DNA of 54,127 bases from a virus (Duplodnaviria; Caudoviricetes). How positions within the stretch are numbered: position 1 is the stretch's first letter; the number at the start of each line of letters is the position of its first letter. The position numbers and the translations under genes were made by a program. Below, piece after piece: positions 38,965 to 48,785 of this stretch. The stretch spans positions 1 through 54,127 of the IMG/VR virus record IMGVR_UViG_3300034155_000029; one strand, given 5' to 3'. The notes under the pieces were generated by a model. That model ran no database searches. It worked only from the letters and a program-made list of their open reading frames with translations, and had not been told where the DNA came from.

Positions 38965-40532
38965 AAATAACACTAGAAAATCTAAAACAAATATTAGAAG
39001 ATAAGGGTTTTACATTATTAACAACAGAATATAAAAGAAATAGCCAAAAGCTAGATGTACTGTGTTCTAAAGGACATATTTATCACCCAACAGCAAAAAG
39101 CATAAAACGTGGTGGTTGTTCTGTTTGTTATAATGAAACATCTGCTCGTATGAAAGTAAAGGCTTGTCCAGAAAAACTACAAGAAGCAATTGATATTGCC
39201 AAATCTAAAGGAGGGGAGTGTTTATCAGATAGTTATATAAATAACAGATCTAAGTTAAAATTTAGATGTTCTAATGGACATGAATGGGAAACAACCATTA
39301 AATGTATAAAAAAAGCATGGTGCCCTATATGTTACCTTGGAGGGTCGAGTTCTGATAAATTTAAAACAGCACAAGAAACAGCTATAAAACGTGGAGGAAA
39401 ATTAATTTCTGATAATATTTCTTTTTCAGAGAAATTAATATGGGAATGTGACGCTGGTCATACTTGGAGTGCTACATATCAAAATGTAATATATAAATAT
39501 TCTTGGTGTCCATATTGTAATTCTAGTTTTTCAGAAAATATATGTAGACAATATCTAGAAGCTATCTTTGAAAAAAAGTTTATTAAAATAAGACCTACAT
39601 GGTTGGTTAATAATAGTGGAAGAGCAATGGAGCTTGATGGGTATTGTGAAGAGTTGGGTTTAGCTTTTGAACACCAAGGACTTCAGCATTATGAAACAAT
39701 AACATCTTTTTCTGAAAATATAGAAGCCGTTCAAAAAAGAGATGAAATAAAAAAAAATCTTTGTAATAAGTTTAATATAATATTACTAGAAATACCAGCA
39801 TTGTTTTATTTAACCGCTATAGATGATTTACATACAGTTATATCATCTCAATTAGACAAATCTAATATCAAATATGATTTATCCAAACTAAAACCTGTAA
39901 CACAAGTAATTGATTTAGATGTTGTAAATTTAGTTGAAAAAGAAAAAGAGCTTCAAAAAATCAAAGATATTGCCAAAAGTAAAGGCGGAGTTTGTCTATC
40001 AACCAATTATACTGGATATAATTGCAAAGTAGATTTATGTTGTGAGTACAAACATACATGGACAACAACAGCAGCTTCTATTAAAAATAACCATCATTGG
40101 TGTCCGATTTGTTCTCATAAAGGCATAATAACAATAGAAGATATGCAAAAAATTGCCACCGAACGTGGTGGTTTATGTCTTTCTAAAGAATATATAAATA
40201 ACCATTTAAAACTTGAATGGCAATGTGCTTGTGGAAACATATGGCTGGCAACATATAACAATATACAAAGTGGTAAATGGTGTCCTAAATGTGGTGTTAT
40301 CAAAAGATCAAAAGCGAAACATATTGGAATTGAAGCTTATCAATTAGCAGCGGAAAAGAAAGGTGGAAAATGTTTGTCAGCTTTTATTTCTGGCTGTTAT
40401 GATAAATTAAAGTTTGAATGTGCTTTAGGTCACAAGTGGTTTTGTAGAGCAGATCAAATGAAAAACACTAATAAATGGTGTTCTGAATGTGCAAAAATAA
40501 AAAGACAGAAAAGTAAACATGTCGATAAATAA
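38955..40532 (+). CDS. Putative homing endonuclease, paralogue of 36266-37534
   Basis: MELDGY...AFEHQGLQHY core; six GGxCLS...CxxGHxW...WCPxC-type repeats. Confidence 0.75.
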   Translation: MQIKITLENLKQILEDKGFTLLTTEYKRNSQKLDVLCSKGHIYHPTAKSIKRGGCSVCYNETSARMKVKACPEKLQEAIDIAKSKGGECLSDSYINNRSKLKFRCSNGHEWETTIKCIKKAWCPICYLGGSSSDKFKTAQETAIKRGGKLISDNISFSEKLIWECDAGHTWSATYQNVIYKYSWCPYCNSSFSENICRQYLEAIFEKKFIKIRPTWLVNNSGRAMELDGYCEELGLAFEHQGLQHYETITSFSENIEAVQKRDEIKKNLCNKFNIILLEIPALFYLTAIDDLHTVISSQLDKSNIKYDLSKLKPVTQVIDLDVVNLVEKEKELQKIKDIAKSKGGVCLSTNYTGYNCKVDLCCEYKHTWTTTAASIKNNHHWCPICSHKGIITIEDMQKIATERGGLCLSKEYINNHLKLEWQCACGNIWLATYNNIQSGKWCPKCGVIKRSKAKHIGIEAYQLAAEKKGGKCLSAFISGCYDKLKFECALGHKWFCRADQMKNTNKWCSECAKIKRQKSKHVDK

Positions 40533-40773
40533 TGTAATAGGATTATCAGTTTCTAAAAAAATGGATTTAATTCTTGCACTTGCACAAAAACAAGCAGAAT
40601 CACTTAATCCTGATCACAATAAAATAATCGAGTTAAAAAATCATATAAAAGATTTAGAATTAACTATTACCAAAAGAAATAAAGAAATTGTAGAGTTAAA
40701 AAGAATTGTTGCCGCATATGAAAAATTTAGCCAACAAATAAAAACCCAATTACAACTAGAATCGATTTATTAA
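40519..40773 (+). CDS. Hypothetical coiled-coil protein
   Basis: 84 aa; KEIVELK motif also in 42639-42881. Confidence 0.5.
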   Translation: MSINNVIGLSVSKKMDLILALAQKQAESLNPDHNKIIELKNHIKDLELTITKRNKEIVELKRIVAAYEKFSQQIKTQLQLESIY

Positions 40774-40777
40774 ACTT

Positions 40778-41062
40778 ATGCTAAAATTTATTAATAAAAT
40801 AATTGACAAATATTTTACTATAAACCCAGGAGCAAAGGCTATATGCTCTGGAAATATCAAGGCAACTTGGGGTTGGGATCCTTATTCTGAGTGGCGTTTT
40901 CTTTATTACAAAAATCAACAAATAAATATATATAGAGATAATAATTATTGGGAGTTTAGTAATTATGCAAAACAAAGATATTCAAAAATGGAATTGAAAT
41001 ATATCATGAATTGTATTCGTCCTTATTTAGATGCTAAGTTTGAAATTAGATTTTGTACATAG
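40778..41062 (+). CDS. Hypothetical protein
   Basis: 94-aa aromatic-rich ORF. Confidence 0.5.
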   Translation: MLKFINKIIDKYFTINPGAKAICSGNIKATWGWDPYSEWRFLYYKNQQINIYRDNNYWEFSNYAKQRYSKMELKYIMNCIRPYLDAKFEIRFCT

Positions 41063-41071
41063 GAAAAAAAA

Positions 41072-41341
41072 ATGAAATCACAAGATCGCAAGGAAGAATT
41101 TCTTCAATTATTAAAAACCGAAGAGGTTTTGCCAGTATCGTTTTTAGCTGGTGATCCTAATAATATTCTACCAAAAGAAAAGTGTAGAGTTTGTGGAGGC
41201 GATGAAGGAGAAGATCAATTTGGACCATTTAATTACGATCATCAATCTGGTTGTCCAGAAGATCTTAATAATTTAGCTTATTTCGAAGTTGGGTTTGGAT
41301 CATTTATTGGTTGTAATACAAAAATTCCAGATATAGTATAA
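41072..41341 (+). CDS. Hypothetical protein with possible Zn site
   Basis: CRVC...HxxxC; AGGA upstream. Confidence 0.5.
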   Translation: MKSQDRKEEFLQLLKTEEVLPVSFLAGDPNNILPKEKCRVCGGDEGEDQFGPFNYDHQSGCPEDLNNLAYFEVGFGSFIGCNTKIPDIV

Positions 41342-41352
41342 TTTATTTTCTT

Positions 41353-41619
41353 TTAAGGTTTGAAAAAATAAGTTTTTAAAGATATTCTAAAACTATCATA
41401 ATTTCTATTAGGTACAACACCCATAATATCAGAACACTGATCTGTACAGATCATTAAATTATAATTTTTAATATCTTTATGATGTAAATAAGGCCAACAA
41501 CAAATTCCTCCATAGCAACTGAGCTGTCCAGTTGCGATAGTTGGAGAAATTTTCTTTTTTGTTGATGGTGTAAATGTACAAGAGCAACAAAAGATAATAA
41601 GAAAAATAATTTTTTTCAT
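41353..41619 (-). CDS. Putative small secreted protein or lipoprotein
   Basis: MKKIIFLIIFCCSC signal-like start, Cys-rich; coupled to the upstream minus-strand gene. Confidence 0.5.
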   Translation of the reverse strand: MKKIIFLIIFCCSCTFTPSTKKKISPTIATGQLSCYGGICCWPYLHHKDIKNYNLMICTDQCSDIMGVVPNRNYDSFRISLKTYFFKP

Positions 41620-42122
41620 TAAGATTTTTCTCTATATAATTTTTCTAATTTGCGTGGATTATTTCCGCTTTGTAATAGATCTAGAAAAGTAATATTTATA
41701 TCTGTGAAATTATTTAGACCACCAACTTGTAATTTAATTGGGTTTTCCATTGGCACATTTTTACTAATAAACAAATCGGTAACTCCATCAATAATGTTTG
41801 GTGTTAATTTTTCGCAACTGATTACAATTTCTTTTCCATATTTATGTACTCTGGCAGCACCTTCTTTAAATAAAATATCCATAGCTGCAGAAAAATCAGG
41901 AATATTTCCAGGACGCATAGGGACTTTATCCCCACGTGCCTCTATTAATTCAGCTGCTGTTTGTCCATGTGTATTGGCCACATTAATAATTTGTTTATTG
42001 GCTAATATCCACCATTCCTGTCTTGAGCCAGTGGTTGGTTGAATAAAGAAATTACGTTCTACAGCTAATTGAGATTGTTTAAGAAATACGTTAGTATATA
42101 AGGATAATTTTCGAAGATCCAT
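41619..42122 (-). CDS. Hypothetical protein
   Basis: 167-aa ORF with natural composition; one of only three complete minus-strand genes. Confidence 0.65.
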   Translation of the reverse strand: MDLRKLSLYTNVFLKQSQLAVERNFFIQPTTGSRQEWWILANKQIINVANTHGQTAAELIEARGDKVPMRPGNIPDFSAAMDILFKEGAARVHKYGKEIVISCEKLTPNIIDGVTDLFISKNVPMENPIKLQVGGLNNFTDINITFLDLLQSGNNPRKLEKLYREKS

Positions 42123-42139
42123 GGCTTAATACAAAGTTA

Positions 42140-42168
42140 TTGACATTGCCGATGTTTGGTGGTATTGT
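42140..42168 (+). promoter_or_regulatory. Sigma70-type promoter giving a probably leaderless mRNA
   Basis: TTGACA-17 bp-TATTGT with extended TG; ATG 42175 begins 7 nt after the -10 box. Confidence 0.75.
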
Positions 42169-42174
42169 ATCTAC

Positions 42175-42657
42175 ATGTCTATTCAATTCAGACAAATTGA
42201 GACAGGATTAGGAACAATATTTTTTGGTCCAATGTGGAACAATAGTGAGAAAGCTATGTTCGCAAAGGAATGTGAAAAGAGAAATATAAAAATTATTTGT
42301 AATCTTTTAGAAGACTCTCATGGAAACATTGGAAACATAAAAGAAATATGGTATCCAATAAAGAATCATAATAATCCAGATATTACTGATACATTTATTA
42401 AGTTTATTAGACGTATAATATCTGAGATTAAATCTGGTAAAAATATTTATGTTCATTGTTTATTTGGGTTGGGACGAACTTCTTTTATTTTAAAAAGTAT
42501 TTTAATGGAGCTTGGGAAAAGTAAAGAAGAAGCTGTTAATATTGTTGATGATGTATTTTATTATGGTGTTTCTAAAATTTCAATATATAATAAAACAATT
42601 AATAATTCATTTTTAAAAAAGTGTTTTGAGGTATACAAATGGATAATAGCACCATAG
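42175..42657 (+). CDS. Dual-specificity/tyrosine phosphatase family protein
   Basis: VHCLFGLGRT (HCx5R). Confidence 0.85.
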   Translation: MSIQFRQIETGLGTIFFGPMWNNSEKAMFAKECEKRNIKIICNLLEDSHGNIGNIKEIWYPIKNHNNPDITDTFIKFIRRIISEIKSGKNIYVHCLFGLGRTSFILKSILMELGKSKEEAVNIVDDVFYYGVSKISIYNKTINNSFLKKCFEVYKWIIAP

Positions 42658-42881
42658 ATAAATTAATAAAAATTGTTCATAAACAAACTAAAGAAATTGT
42701 AGAATTAAAAAAAGTTATTGAAAAGGGTATTTGGGGACCATTTGCTGGAGAGTCGTTAGTTGAAAGAGATGTTCGTATTCAAAAAGATCAATTAATTGAA
42801 TCGCAAAAATTAGAAATAGAAAGATTAAATAAAATAATTAAAGATTTGGAAAGTGATATAGATAAACTATTTCTTTGGTAA
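42639..42881 (+). CDS. Hypothetical coiled-coil protein
   Basis: 80-aa ORF. Confidence 0.5.
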   Translation: MDNSTIDKLIKIVHKQTKEIVELKKVIEKGIWGPFAGESLVERDVRIQKDQLIESQKLEIERLNKIIKDLESDIDKLFLW

Positions 42882-42885
42882 AAAC
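42872..42885 (+). repeat. Exact copy of dispersed motif TCTTTGGTAAAAAC
   Basis: Spans the stop codon of 42639-42881; an inverted exact copy lies at 43040-43053. Confidence 0.8.
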
Positions 42886-42938
42886 ATAGTATTGTTAATT
42901 TTCTATCGAGGGTATGAGTATTGCCAAGTCTAATAACA

Positions 42939-44075
42939 ATGCTATTAGAAACAGATGTAAAATTAAATTTTAATGATGTTGTTATAAGGCCTAAAAGATC
43001 TATTCTAGAATCGAGATCTGAAGTATGTTTAGAAAGATCGTTTTTACCAAAGAATGGTAATATAAGTTCTAAGTTTTCAGGTATACCAATTATAGCTGCT
43101 AATATGGCAACTGGTACATTTAAAATGCTTGAGGTTTTTGCCAAGTATAAAATGTTTGTAGCTATTGCTAAATATAATTCTTCAGAATGGTTAAATCCTA
43201 AACAACAATATGATTTATCTTTAGAAGATAAAATAAATTATGGTATTTATACTATTGGTATGTCAAATGAAGAGTTATTACATTTTGATAAGTATTATCA
43301 GTATGTATATAATACAGTTCCACATTTTGCACATAGAATAAAACTATGTGTAGATATAGCAAATGGATATACTCAAAAGTTTGGTAGTTTTATCTCTAAA
43401 ATTAGGGAAGCATATCCAGCTAATTTAATAATAGCTGGAAATGTAGCAACCCCAGATATGACTCAAGAATTAATATTAGCCGGAGCAGATATAATTAAAG
43501 TAGGAGTATCTCAAGGGGGTGCATGTTTTACTAGATTAAAAACTGGAATTGGTGTACCGCAATTATCTGCGGTAATAGAATGTTCAGATGCAGCACATTC
43601 ATTTAATAATGCTTATATAATATCTGATGGAGGGTGTAGGTGTGTGGGTGATATATCTAGAGCATTTTGTGGAAATGCAGATATGGTAATGGTTGGTAGT
43701 TTATTAGCTGGGACTTATGAAAGTGATGGAGATATTATAACCAGATATTTTAAAACGGGTGAATGTAGATTAAAATATGAAGATTGTGATGGTTTAAAAG
43801 TATTTGAAGATATTATTGAGGAAAAACAATATAAATTATTCTATGGTATGAGTTCCGACTATGCACAACAAAAGCATAGTGGAGAAATTAAAAATTACAG
43901 AACATCAGAGGGTAGAGTGGAAGAGGTTGAATATAAAGGATTAGTAGATAATATAATAAAAGATATATTGGGAGGATTAAGATCTACTGGTACTTATATT
44001 GGGGCAAAGAACATTAAACATTTTGGTAAATGCGCTACATTTTTAAGAACAAATCAGGTTCATGATAGATTTTGA
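42939..44075 (+). CDS. guaC: GMP reductase
   Basis: IRPKRS, PIIAANM, CVDIANGY, AGNVAT, ACFTRLKTGIGVPQLSAV, SDGGC, FYGMSS, YRTSEG, GGLRSTGTYIGA. Confidence 0.92.
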   Translation: MLLETDVKLNFNDVVIRPKRSILESRSEVCLERSFLPKNGNISSKFSGIPIIAANMATGTFKMLEVFAKYKMFVAIAKYNSSEWLNPKQQYDLSLEDKINYGIYTIGMSNEELLHFDKYYQYVYNTVPHFAHRIKLCVDIANGYTQKFGSFISKIREAYPANLIIAGNVATPDMTQELILAGADIIKVGVSQGGACFTRLKTGIGVPQLSAVIECSDAAHSFNNAYIISDGGCRCVGDISRAFCGNADMVMVGSLLAGTYESDGDIITRYFKTGECRLKYEDCDGLKVFEDIIEEKQYKLFYGMSSDYAQQKHSGEIKNYRTSEGRVEEVEYKGLVDNIIKDILGGLRSTGTYIGAKNIKHFGKCATFLRTNQVHDRF

Positions 44076-44085
44076 AAGAAATATT

Positions 44086-44913
44086 ATGTCTAAAAAAATT
44101 AAGATCGATATAAATAATAAAGATACTGATTATTGGGATCATGTTTCTTTACGTTATGTTTTAGATGAAAAAATTATTCGTAAATATATGGATAAATTAG
44201 ATATGGATTTAATTTCTCAATATCAAAAATTAAGCGAAGAATTTATTAGGGAATTTTCTAATGAAGTAGATTGGTATTTTATATCGCAATCACAAAAACT
44301 TAGTGAGGATTTTATTAGAGAATTTTCTAATTTTGTAAATTGGATAAATATATCACAATATCAAAGGCTAAGCGAAGATTTTATTAGGGAGTTTTCTAAT
44401 AAAATAAATTGGTATTATATATCGGCTTATCAAAAGCTTAGTGAAGATTTTATTAAAGAATTCTCTAATAAAGTAGATTGGTATTGTATAGAAAATTGTC
44501 AAAAATTAAGTACAGGATTTATGAAAAAACATAAATTAAAAACTACAAATTCTTGTTGGTTATATAAAGACAAGGAATATAAGAGAGAATATATTAAAGC
44601 AAATACATCATATGAGATAATAGGAGACAAGGTAATAGCATATAAATCTTGTAGATCAGATGGATATTCATATTTTAATTTTCAATATCGTTATAAAGTA
44701 GGAAAAGAGTATGAGTGTCATGCTAACTATAATGTAGCTGAGCAAAATAGTTTTGGATTATCTGCTTGGACAAAAGAACAAGCATTAGAATATCATTCTA
44801 CAGGAAAATTATTTAAGGTAGAAATAGATTTAGAAGATGTGGCTGCTATTGTGGGTGATGGAAATAAGATAAGAGCAAGCAAAATAAAGATATTAGAAGA
44901 GATTAAAATTTAA
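44086..44913 (+). CDS. Tryptophan-repeat protein (~6 repeats) with conserved C-terminal domain
   Basis: Same architecture as 4875-5900; ATG 44086 aligns with the tandem paralogue. Confidence 0.85.
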   Translation: MSKKIKIDINNKDTDYWDHVSLRYVLDEKIIRKYMDKLDMDLISQYQKLSEEFIREFSNEVDWYFISQSQKLSEDFIREFSNFVNWINISQYQRLSEDFIREFSNKINWYYISAYQKLSEDFIKEFSNKVDWYCIENCQKLSTGFMKKHKLKTTNSCWLYKDKEYKREYIKANTSYEIIGDKVIAYKSCRSDGYSYFNFQYRYKVGKEYECHANYNVAEQNSFGLSAWTKEQALEYHSTGKLFKVEIDLEDVAAIVGDGNKIRASKIKILEEIKI

Positions 44914-44926
44914 CGAAAGAAACATT

Positions 44927-45754
44927 ATGTCTAACAAAATTACAATTGATATAAATAATAAAGATACTAATTACTGGAGTGATATTTCTGAAAAATATGT
45001 TTTGAACGAAAACATTATTCGTGATAATATTAATAAAATAAATTGGGATTATGTATCAAATAATCAAAAACTTAGTGAAGGCTTTATTAGAGAGTTTGCT
45101 AATAAAGTAAATTGGTATAATATATCAGCGTATCAAAAGCTAAGTGAAAAATTTATTAGGGAATTTTCTGATAAAGTAAACTGGTATTATATATCGCAAC
45201 AACAAAAACTAAGTGAAAAATTTATTAGGGAATTTTCTCATAAAATAGACTGGTATTGTATAGCGGTTTATCAAAAATTAAGTCAAGAATTTATCAGAGA
45301 GTGTTTTGGTGAAGTGGTGCGTTTTGATATAGGAAAGTATCAGAAATTAAGTCCAGAATTTATAAAAGAACATCATTTAAAAATTCCTAACACATGTTGG
45401 TTATATAAAGACAAAGAATATAAAAGAAGGTATTTTAAAAGATATACTAGTTATGAAATAATAGGAGATAAAGTAATTGCATATAAGTCTTGTAGATCAG
45501 ATGGGTATTCAGTATATAATTTCCAATATTATTATAAAGCCGGTAAAGAATATAAGTGTCACGCAGATTATAATATAGATAATAATAATAGTTTTGGTTT
45601 ATCTGCTTGGGAAAGAGAAAAGGCTTTTAATCATCATTCGACAGGAAAATTATTTAAGGTAGAAATTGATTTAGAAGACATAGCAGCAATTATTCATGAT
45701 GGAAATAAGATAAGGGCGAGTAAGATTAAAATATTAAAAGAAATTAAAATTTAA
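44927..45754 (+). CDS. Tryptophan-repeat protein (~6 repeats) with conserved C-terminal domain, tandem paralogue
   Basis: MSNKITIDINNKDTNYW vs MSKKIKIDINNKDTDYW; same upstream GAAAGAAAxATT. Confidence 0.85.
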   Translation: MSNKITIDINNKDTNYWSDISEKYVLNENIIRDNINKINWDYVSNNQKLSEGFIREFANKVNWYNISAYQKLSEKFIREFSDKVNWYYISQQQKLSEKFIREFSHKIDWYCIAVYQKLSQEFIRECFGEVVRFDIGKYQKLSPEFIKEHHLKIPNTCWLYKDKEYKRRYFKRYTSYEIIGDKVIAYKSCRSDGYSVYNFQYYYKAGKEYKCHADYNIDNNNSFGLSAWEREKAFNHHSTGKLFKVEIDLEDIAAIIHDGNKIRASKIKILKEIKI

Positions 45755-45763
45755 GGAATTTCT

Positions 45764-46288
45764 TTGAGTATTATATTACCACAAAAATCTAGTATTTCAA
45801 AATCTCCAAATGGCTGGTGGGATCTATCAACTTGTTGGGATGTAATTTGTTCTATAGGAGAGCAAAGACATCAACAAAAAGATTATTTTAAATCTACTCG
45901 CGCTTGGAATAACAAATCTCATATCATTGGTGTGTTAGGGGAATTTGTAATTTCACTAGAATCAGGAATAGAATTTGATACTGAATTAAAAATCAATGGT
46001 GATAATGGTAGCGATTTTAAAATCAATAATAAAACAATTGATATTAAATGTGCTACGTTTTTTAAAGATCCTGATTTAAAACATCCGGCACAAGAAACCA
46101 GATGGCCAGATTATTTTGTATTGGTTGCTCTCAATGAACCCAGAAAAAAAGCTAGGTTAATGGGTTGGGCACTTGGAGATAAGGTTCGCAATTCGCGAAT
46201 CACGAATTATGGATATGGTCCACAAAAAATATTAAACTGGTCAGAATTAAACCCAGGACTTCCTCCAGTATTTAAAATCGGAAAATAA
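45764..46288 (+). CDS. Putative PD-(D/E)XK-fold nuclease-like protein
   Basis: GVLGE...DNGSDF...IDIK...PDYFVLV...GWA; AAGGA then TTG start. Confidence 0.55.
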   Translation: MSIILPQKSSISKSPNGWWDLSTCWDVICSIGEQRHQQKDYFKSTRAWNNKSHIIGVLGEFVISLESGIEFDTELKINGDNGSDFKINNKTIDIKCATFFKDPDLKHPAQETRWPDYFVLVALNEPRKKARLMGWALGDKVRNSRITNYGYGPQKILNWSELNPGLPPVFKIGK

Positions 46289-46289
46289 A

Positions 46290-46916
46290 ATGGAACAATT
46301 TTTTAACGAAGATGTATATAATTCAGTTTTATTAAAACTATTAAAAGATGAAACAATTTATTCATCCTGCATTAATAATATATTAATCTCTAATTCTTTA
46401 GAAGAGCAATATAAATACGAGAAAGAACAACAACAAGATTTTAATTCTATTTCCGATCAAGAATTAGAAAACCAAATTGCAAATATAGTTTATATTACAA
46501 GAATACCTAAAAGACCTAGTTTGTTTTATATGTTTTTCAATGTTAGCAATGAACGCATAGATAATGTTTTTAATAATTATAAAAGTCTTTATATAGAAAT
46601 GTGCTTTCCAGATTTTACACAAGATACATATTCATTAATTTTTAAAAACCTATTAAAATATCATCAATTTTTTGAAAATAAAACAAAATATATGGATAAG
46701 AAAATTTCAGAAGAAGAATACTATAAAGTAGTAAAAGAAAAATATAAAACTCTTAATAGTATTAGTAAAGAAGAATTAGCAAAACGTATTAATATTGTTT
46801 CGCTAATATTAAACATAAAAGATTCTAATAATCGTTTTGAAAAATTACGTTTGCTTGGCCAAATGTTTAATGTAACTGTTGATTATTTAGAACCTGTTGT
46901 TAAAACTTTAATGTAA
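46290..46916 (+). CDS. Hypothetical protein
   Basis: 208-aa ORF. Confidence 0.6.
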   Translation: MEQFFNEDVYNSVLLKLLKDETIYSSCINNILISNSLEEQYKYEKEQQQDFNSISDQELENQIANIVYITRIPKRPSLFYMFFNVSNERIDNVFNNYKSLYIEMCFPDFTQDTYSLIFKNLLKYHQFFENKTKYMDKKISEEEYYKVVKEKYKTLNSISKEELAKRINIVSLILNIKDSNNRFEKLRLLGQMFNVTVDYLEPVVKTLM

Positions 46917-46929
46917 AAAGGAAAAAAAA

Positions 46930-47796
46930 ATGAAAGCGTATTTAGATATTGTAAAAAAAGTATTAGAACAAGGTGTTATAAAACCAAACCGTACAGGTAT
47001 TGATACAATAGCAATTCCAGGAGCTATGTTTGAGCATGATATGAGTGAAGGATTTCCTTTACTTACAACCAAATCAGTTCCATTAAGATTGGTTGCTTCT
47101 GAACTTGAATTTTTCATTAAAGGATTAACTGATAAACAATGGCTAATAGATCGAAATAATCATATTTGGGATGATTGGTGTAATCCCGATATTGTTCCAT
47201 ATGGTCATGATGTTGAAACTAAATCTAAAATGAAAAAAGAACGTGATTTAGGCTGCGTATATGGGTGGATTTGGCGAAATCTTGGTGCTACTTATATAGA
47301 TTATAAAACACCTGCAGTTGGTGATGGAATAGATCAATTAAATAATGTGGTTAAAAAATTAAAATCAGATCCTTCTGATAGAAGAATGATTGTATCAGCA
47401 TGGAGTCCAAAAGATTTTCATAGTATGGCTCTTCCTCCATGTCATTATGGTTTCCAGGTTACTGTTATAGATGGTAAACTAAATCTACTTTGGAATCAGC
47501 GCAGTGTTGATATTGCACTTGGAGCCGGTTATAATATTGCAAATTATGCGTTATTATTACATCTTTTAGCAAAAGAATCTGGATTTAAAGAAGGTAAGCT
47601 TGTTGGATTTTGGGCAGACACTCATATATATGTAAATCACATTGATGGATTAAAAGAACAACTCAAGAGAGATCCTTACCCTCTACCAAGTATTAAAACA
47701 GATAATTGGAAGAGTATATTTGATTGGGAATATACAGATTCTCATGTTGAGAATTATCAACATCATCCTAAAATTAGTTTTGAGATAGCGGTTTAA
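46930..47796 (+). CDS. thyA: Thymidylate synthase
   Basis: NRTG, FPLLTTK, LGCVYG, RRMIVSAW, ALPPCH, QRSVD, DTHIYVNH. Confidence 0.95.
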   Translation: MKAYLDIVKKVLEQGVIKPNRTGIDTIAIPGAMFEHDMSEGFPLLTTKSVPLRLVASELEFFIKGLTDKQWLIDRNNHIWDDWCNPDIVPYGHDVETKSKMKKERDLGCVYGWIWRNLGATYIDYKTPAVGDGIDQLNNVVKKLKSDPSDRRMIVSAWSPKDFHSMALPPCHYGFQVTVIDGKLNLLWNQRSVDIALGAGYNIANYALLLHLLAKESGFKEGKLVGFWADTHIYVNHIDGLKEQLKRDPYPLPSIKTDNWKSIFDWEYTDSHVENYQHHPKISFEIAV

Positions 47797-47804
47797 TTGG
47801 AGTA

Positions 47805-48785
47805 GTGATGAATAGTGGAATTTATATTATAAAAAATATCATAAACAGCAAAATATATGTCGGATCTACTAAAGACTTTGATAAAAGAAAACATAAGCAT
47901 TTTTTAGATTTAAAAAACGGAAAGCATAGTTCTATAAAATTACAAAGAGCTTATAATAAGTACGGGATAGATAATTTTATTTTTGAAATTATTGAAGAGT
48001 TCCCATATGTAAATGACATACAAAAAAGAGAGCAATTTTGGATAGATTCTTTGAAATCTAAAGAGCTTGGATACAATATAGCTGATGCTTCTTTTGGAGA
48101 TTGCTTATCCAATCATCCAAATAAAATAAACATTATAAAAAAAAGAACACAAACTATATTAAGTAATAATGCAAAGCTATCTCAAGATGAAAGAAATATA
48201 AAATGGGGAAAGTCTGGAGAATTAAATGGCAGATGGGATCCTGAAAAACATATGTTTTGTGAAATTTGCGGGGTTCGCGTTGCAAATTCATCAGAAAAAA
48301 AAGAAAAAAAATATTGTAGTAAACATGTTCCTAAATCAGGTATATCAAATCCGTTTTATGGAAAACATCACACAGAAGAGGTTCGTGAAACACTGTCTCA
48401 AAAAGCACTGGAAAAATATAAGAATAATTCTCAATTAAAACAAACAATTAGTGAAAAAACAAAAGAGCTGTGGAATAATCCTGAGTTTAGACAAAAAATT
48501 GTAAAATCAATGTCTTTGGCACATATTGGAAAAAAACATTCTGAAGAAACAAAAGAAAAAATGTCTAAAGCACAAAGGGGTAAAATTGTTTCAGAGGAAA
48601 CTAAAGAAAAAATTAAACAAGCCCAAATAGGAAGAAAAACACTCTCTCCATTATCTAGAAAAAAACTTTCAAACACTATAAAAGAACATCATTATAAATG
48701 GTATAATAATGGAGTTATAGTAAAAAGATTTTCTGACACAGATGAAATCCCTTCTGGTTTTAAACTTGGAAGGAAAATATTATGA
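47805..48785 (+). CDS. Free-standing GIY-YIG homing endonuclease with NUMOD3 repeats
   Basis: SGIYII...IYVGST...R, REQFWI, GYN; NPFYGKHHTEE and GKKHSEETKEKMS repeats. Confidence 0.9.
   Translation: MMNSGIYIIKNIINSKIYVGSTKDFDKRKHKHFLDLKNGKHSSIKLQRAYNKYGIDNFIFEIIEEFPYVNDIQKREQFWIDSLKSKELGYNIADASFGDCLSNHPNKINIIKKRTQTILSNNAKLSQDERNIKWGKSGELNGRWDPEKHMFCEICGVRVANSSEKKEKKYCSKHVPKSGISNPFYGKHHTEEVRETLSQKALEKYKNNSQLKQTISEKTKELWNNPEFRQKIVKSMSLAHIGKKHSEETKEKMSKAQRGKIVSEETKEKIKQAQIGRKTLSPLSRKKLSNTIKEHHYKWYNNGVIVKRFSDTDEIPSGFKLGRKIL

Noticed and set aside
11003-42861. GATATA and (C/A)ATA-N5-GTAT words upstream of several genes as phage-sigma promoters
   Set aside because: Too short and AT-rich to separate from background by eye; needs genome-wide motif statistics.
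46930-47796. ThyA homologue as a base-modifying dCMP hydroxymethylase
   Set aside because: It keeps the dUMP-specifying Asn and standard ThyA motifs and lies beside DHFR.
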